Shown: in pieces, positions 63,446 through 64,000 of the stretch
Numbering within the stretch: the first letter of the stretch is position 1
Layout of the letters: each line of letters starts with the position of its first letter
DNA from: an uncultured Actinomycetota bacterium
Lineage (GTDB): Bacteria > Actinomycetota > Actinomycetes > Mycobacteriales > Pseudonocardiaceae
DNA: 64,000 bases
Reading direction: 5' to 3'
NCBI GenBank assembly: GCA_963786585.1
Contig: CAWAZG010000006.1
Span: 782,338-846,337, forward strand
Made by a program: the position numbers and the translations under genes
The notes under the pieces: generated by a model
Database searches by the model: none
What the model was told of the DNA's origin: nothing
What the model saw: the letters and a program-made list of their open reading frames with translations, nothing else

Positions 63446-64000
63446 TTAACCCGCTGCCCCTTCCGTGCTGCCCACCCCGTCGGGAGGGCCGGAGCCCCGC
63501 CTGCGGGAGGGGTTCGGCGCTGGTTCGCCCGAGGGATCGTGGGTCGGTTCCCGGGTCGGGTCCCGGCCGTCGTCGAGCGCCTCCCACAGCGCCCGGTCCG
63601 GGTCCGCGGGTGCGACGCGTGGCGCGTCCCCGCCGCCCGGGGCGTCGTAGCGCGCGCCCATGCGCGGCAGGACCGCGGCCCAGCGAGCGGCGAGCAGGCC
63701 CGCCGCCAGCATGAGCAGCCCGCCGACCACGCCGACGATGGGGCCCGCGGGCACCGCCTCGGCGGGCAGGGGCCGGTCGCCGGGACGCAGGCCGACAGGC
63801 AGGGCGGTGGCCGCCGGCGCGACGAGCCCGGCCGCGCCGCGCAGCACCGCCCAGAGGCCCGCGACGGCGACGAGGGTGCCGACGACCCGCCGGCCCCACC
63901 CCGACGTCGCGAGGAGCCCGCCGACCGCGGCGAGGCACAGGAGCGCCCACGGCACGAGGATCGGTTCGGCGCGGGCGCCCTCGGCGGTGTTCGTGCGGGG
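63446..64000 (-). CDS. Trp-biosynthesis-associated membrane protein (5' part runs off right edge)
   Basis: Hydrophobic helices, [20 protein letters not shown]; upstream of trpC. Confidence 0.75.
   Translation of the reverse strand, partial: PRTNTAEGARAEPILVPWALLCLAAVGGLLATSGWGRRVVGTLVAVAGLWAVLRGAAGLVAPAATALPVGLRPGDRPLPAEAVPAGPIVGVVGGLLMLAAGLLAARWAAVLPRMGARYDAPGGGDAPRVAPADPDRALWEALDDGRDPTREPTHDPSGEPAPNPSRRRGSGPPDGVGSTEGAAG

Overview
Chromosomal window from a very GC-rich actinobacterium (probably Pseudonocardiaceae; inference from composition and gene content). The backbone is housekeeping and mostly on the minus strand. It has an aroB-aroK-aroC-prepilin peptidase-aroE-mltG-ruvX-alaS-rarA ... 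aspS ... hisS-MBL-ppi block, in the same order as M. tuberculosis Rv2538c-Rv2582, joined to a gltD-gltB-lgt-trpA-trpB-trpC block. Two accessory stretches interrupt it. The first (about 11.8-29.4 kb) holds a group 1h high-affinity [NiFe]-hydrogenase island built as two convergent operons: hhySL, accessory genes and hypACDE on +; a PadR/PhaQ-like regulator, second hypC-like gene, frameshifted hypF and two SIS genes on -. Each arm has a CRP-like box upstream. The second (about 35.7-49.4 kb) has an acyl-CoA dehydrogenase, a 20-aa tandem-repeat helical protein, eat-eutBC and a MarR/crotonase/CoA-ligase cluster. Best second-look items: (1) an SOS-box-controlled Rv2578c-family radical SAM gene whose CxxxCxxC motif is split by a 166-aa mini-intein, leaving a Cys-3/Cys1 CxxC; (2) a DUF4440 gene enclosed by perfect 39-bp inverted repeats of a dispersed ~37-bp element, at the junction of the two housekeeping blocks; (3) the PadR-headed hydrogenase maturation arm; (4) the repeat protein. 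No rRNA, tRNA, CRISPR array or transposase was seen. Family names come from motif recognition, not database searches, and several start codons are estimates.
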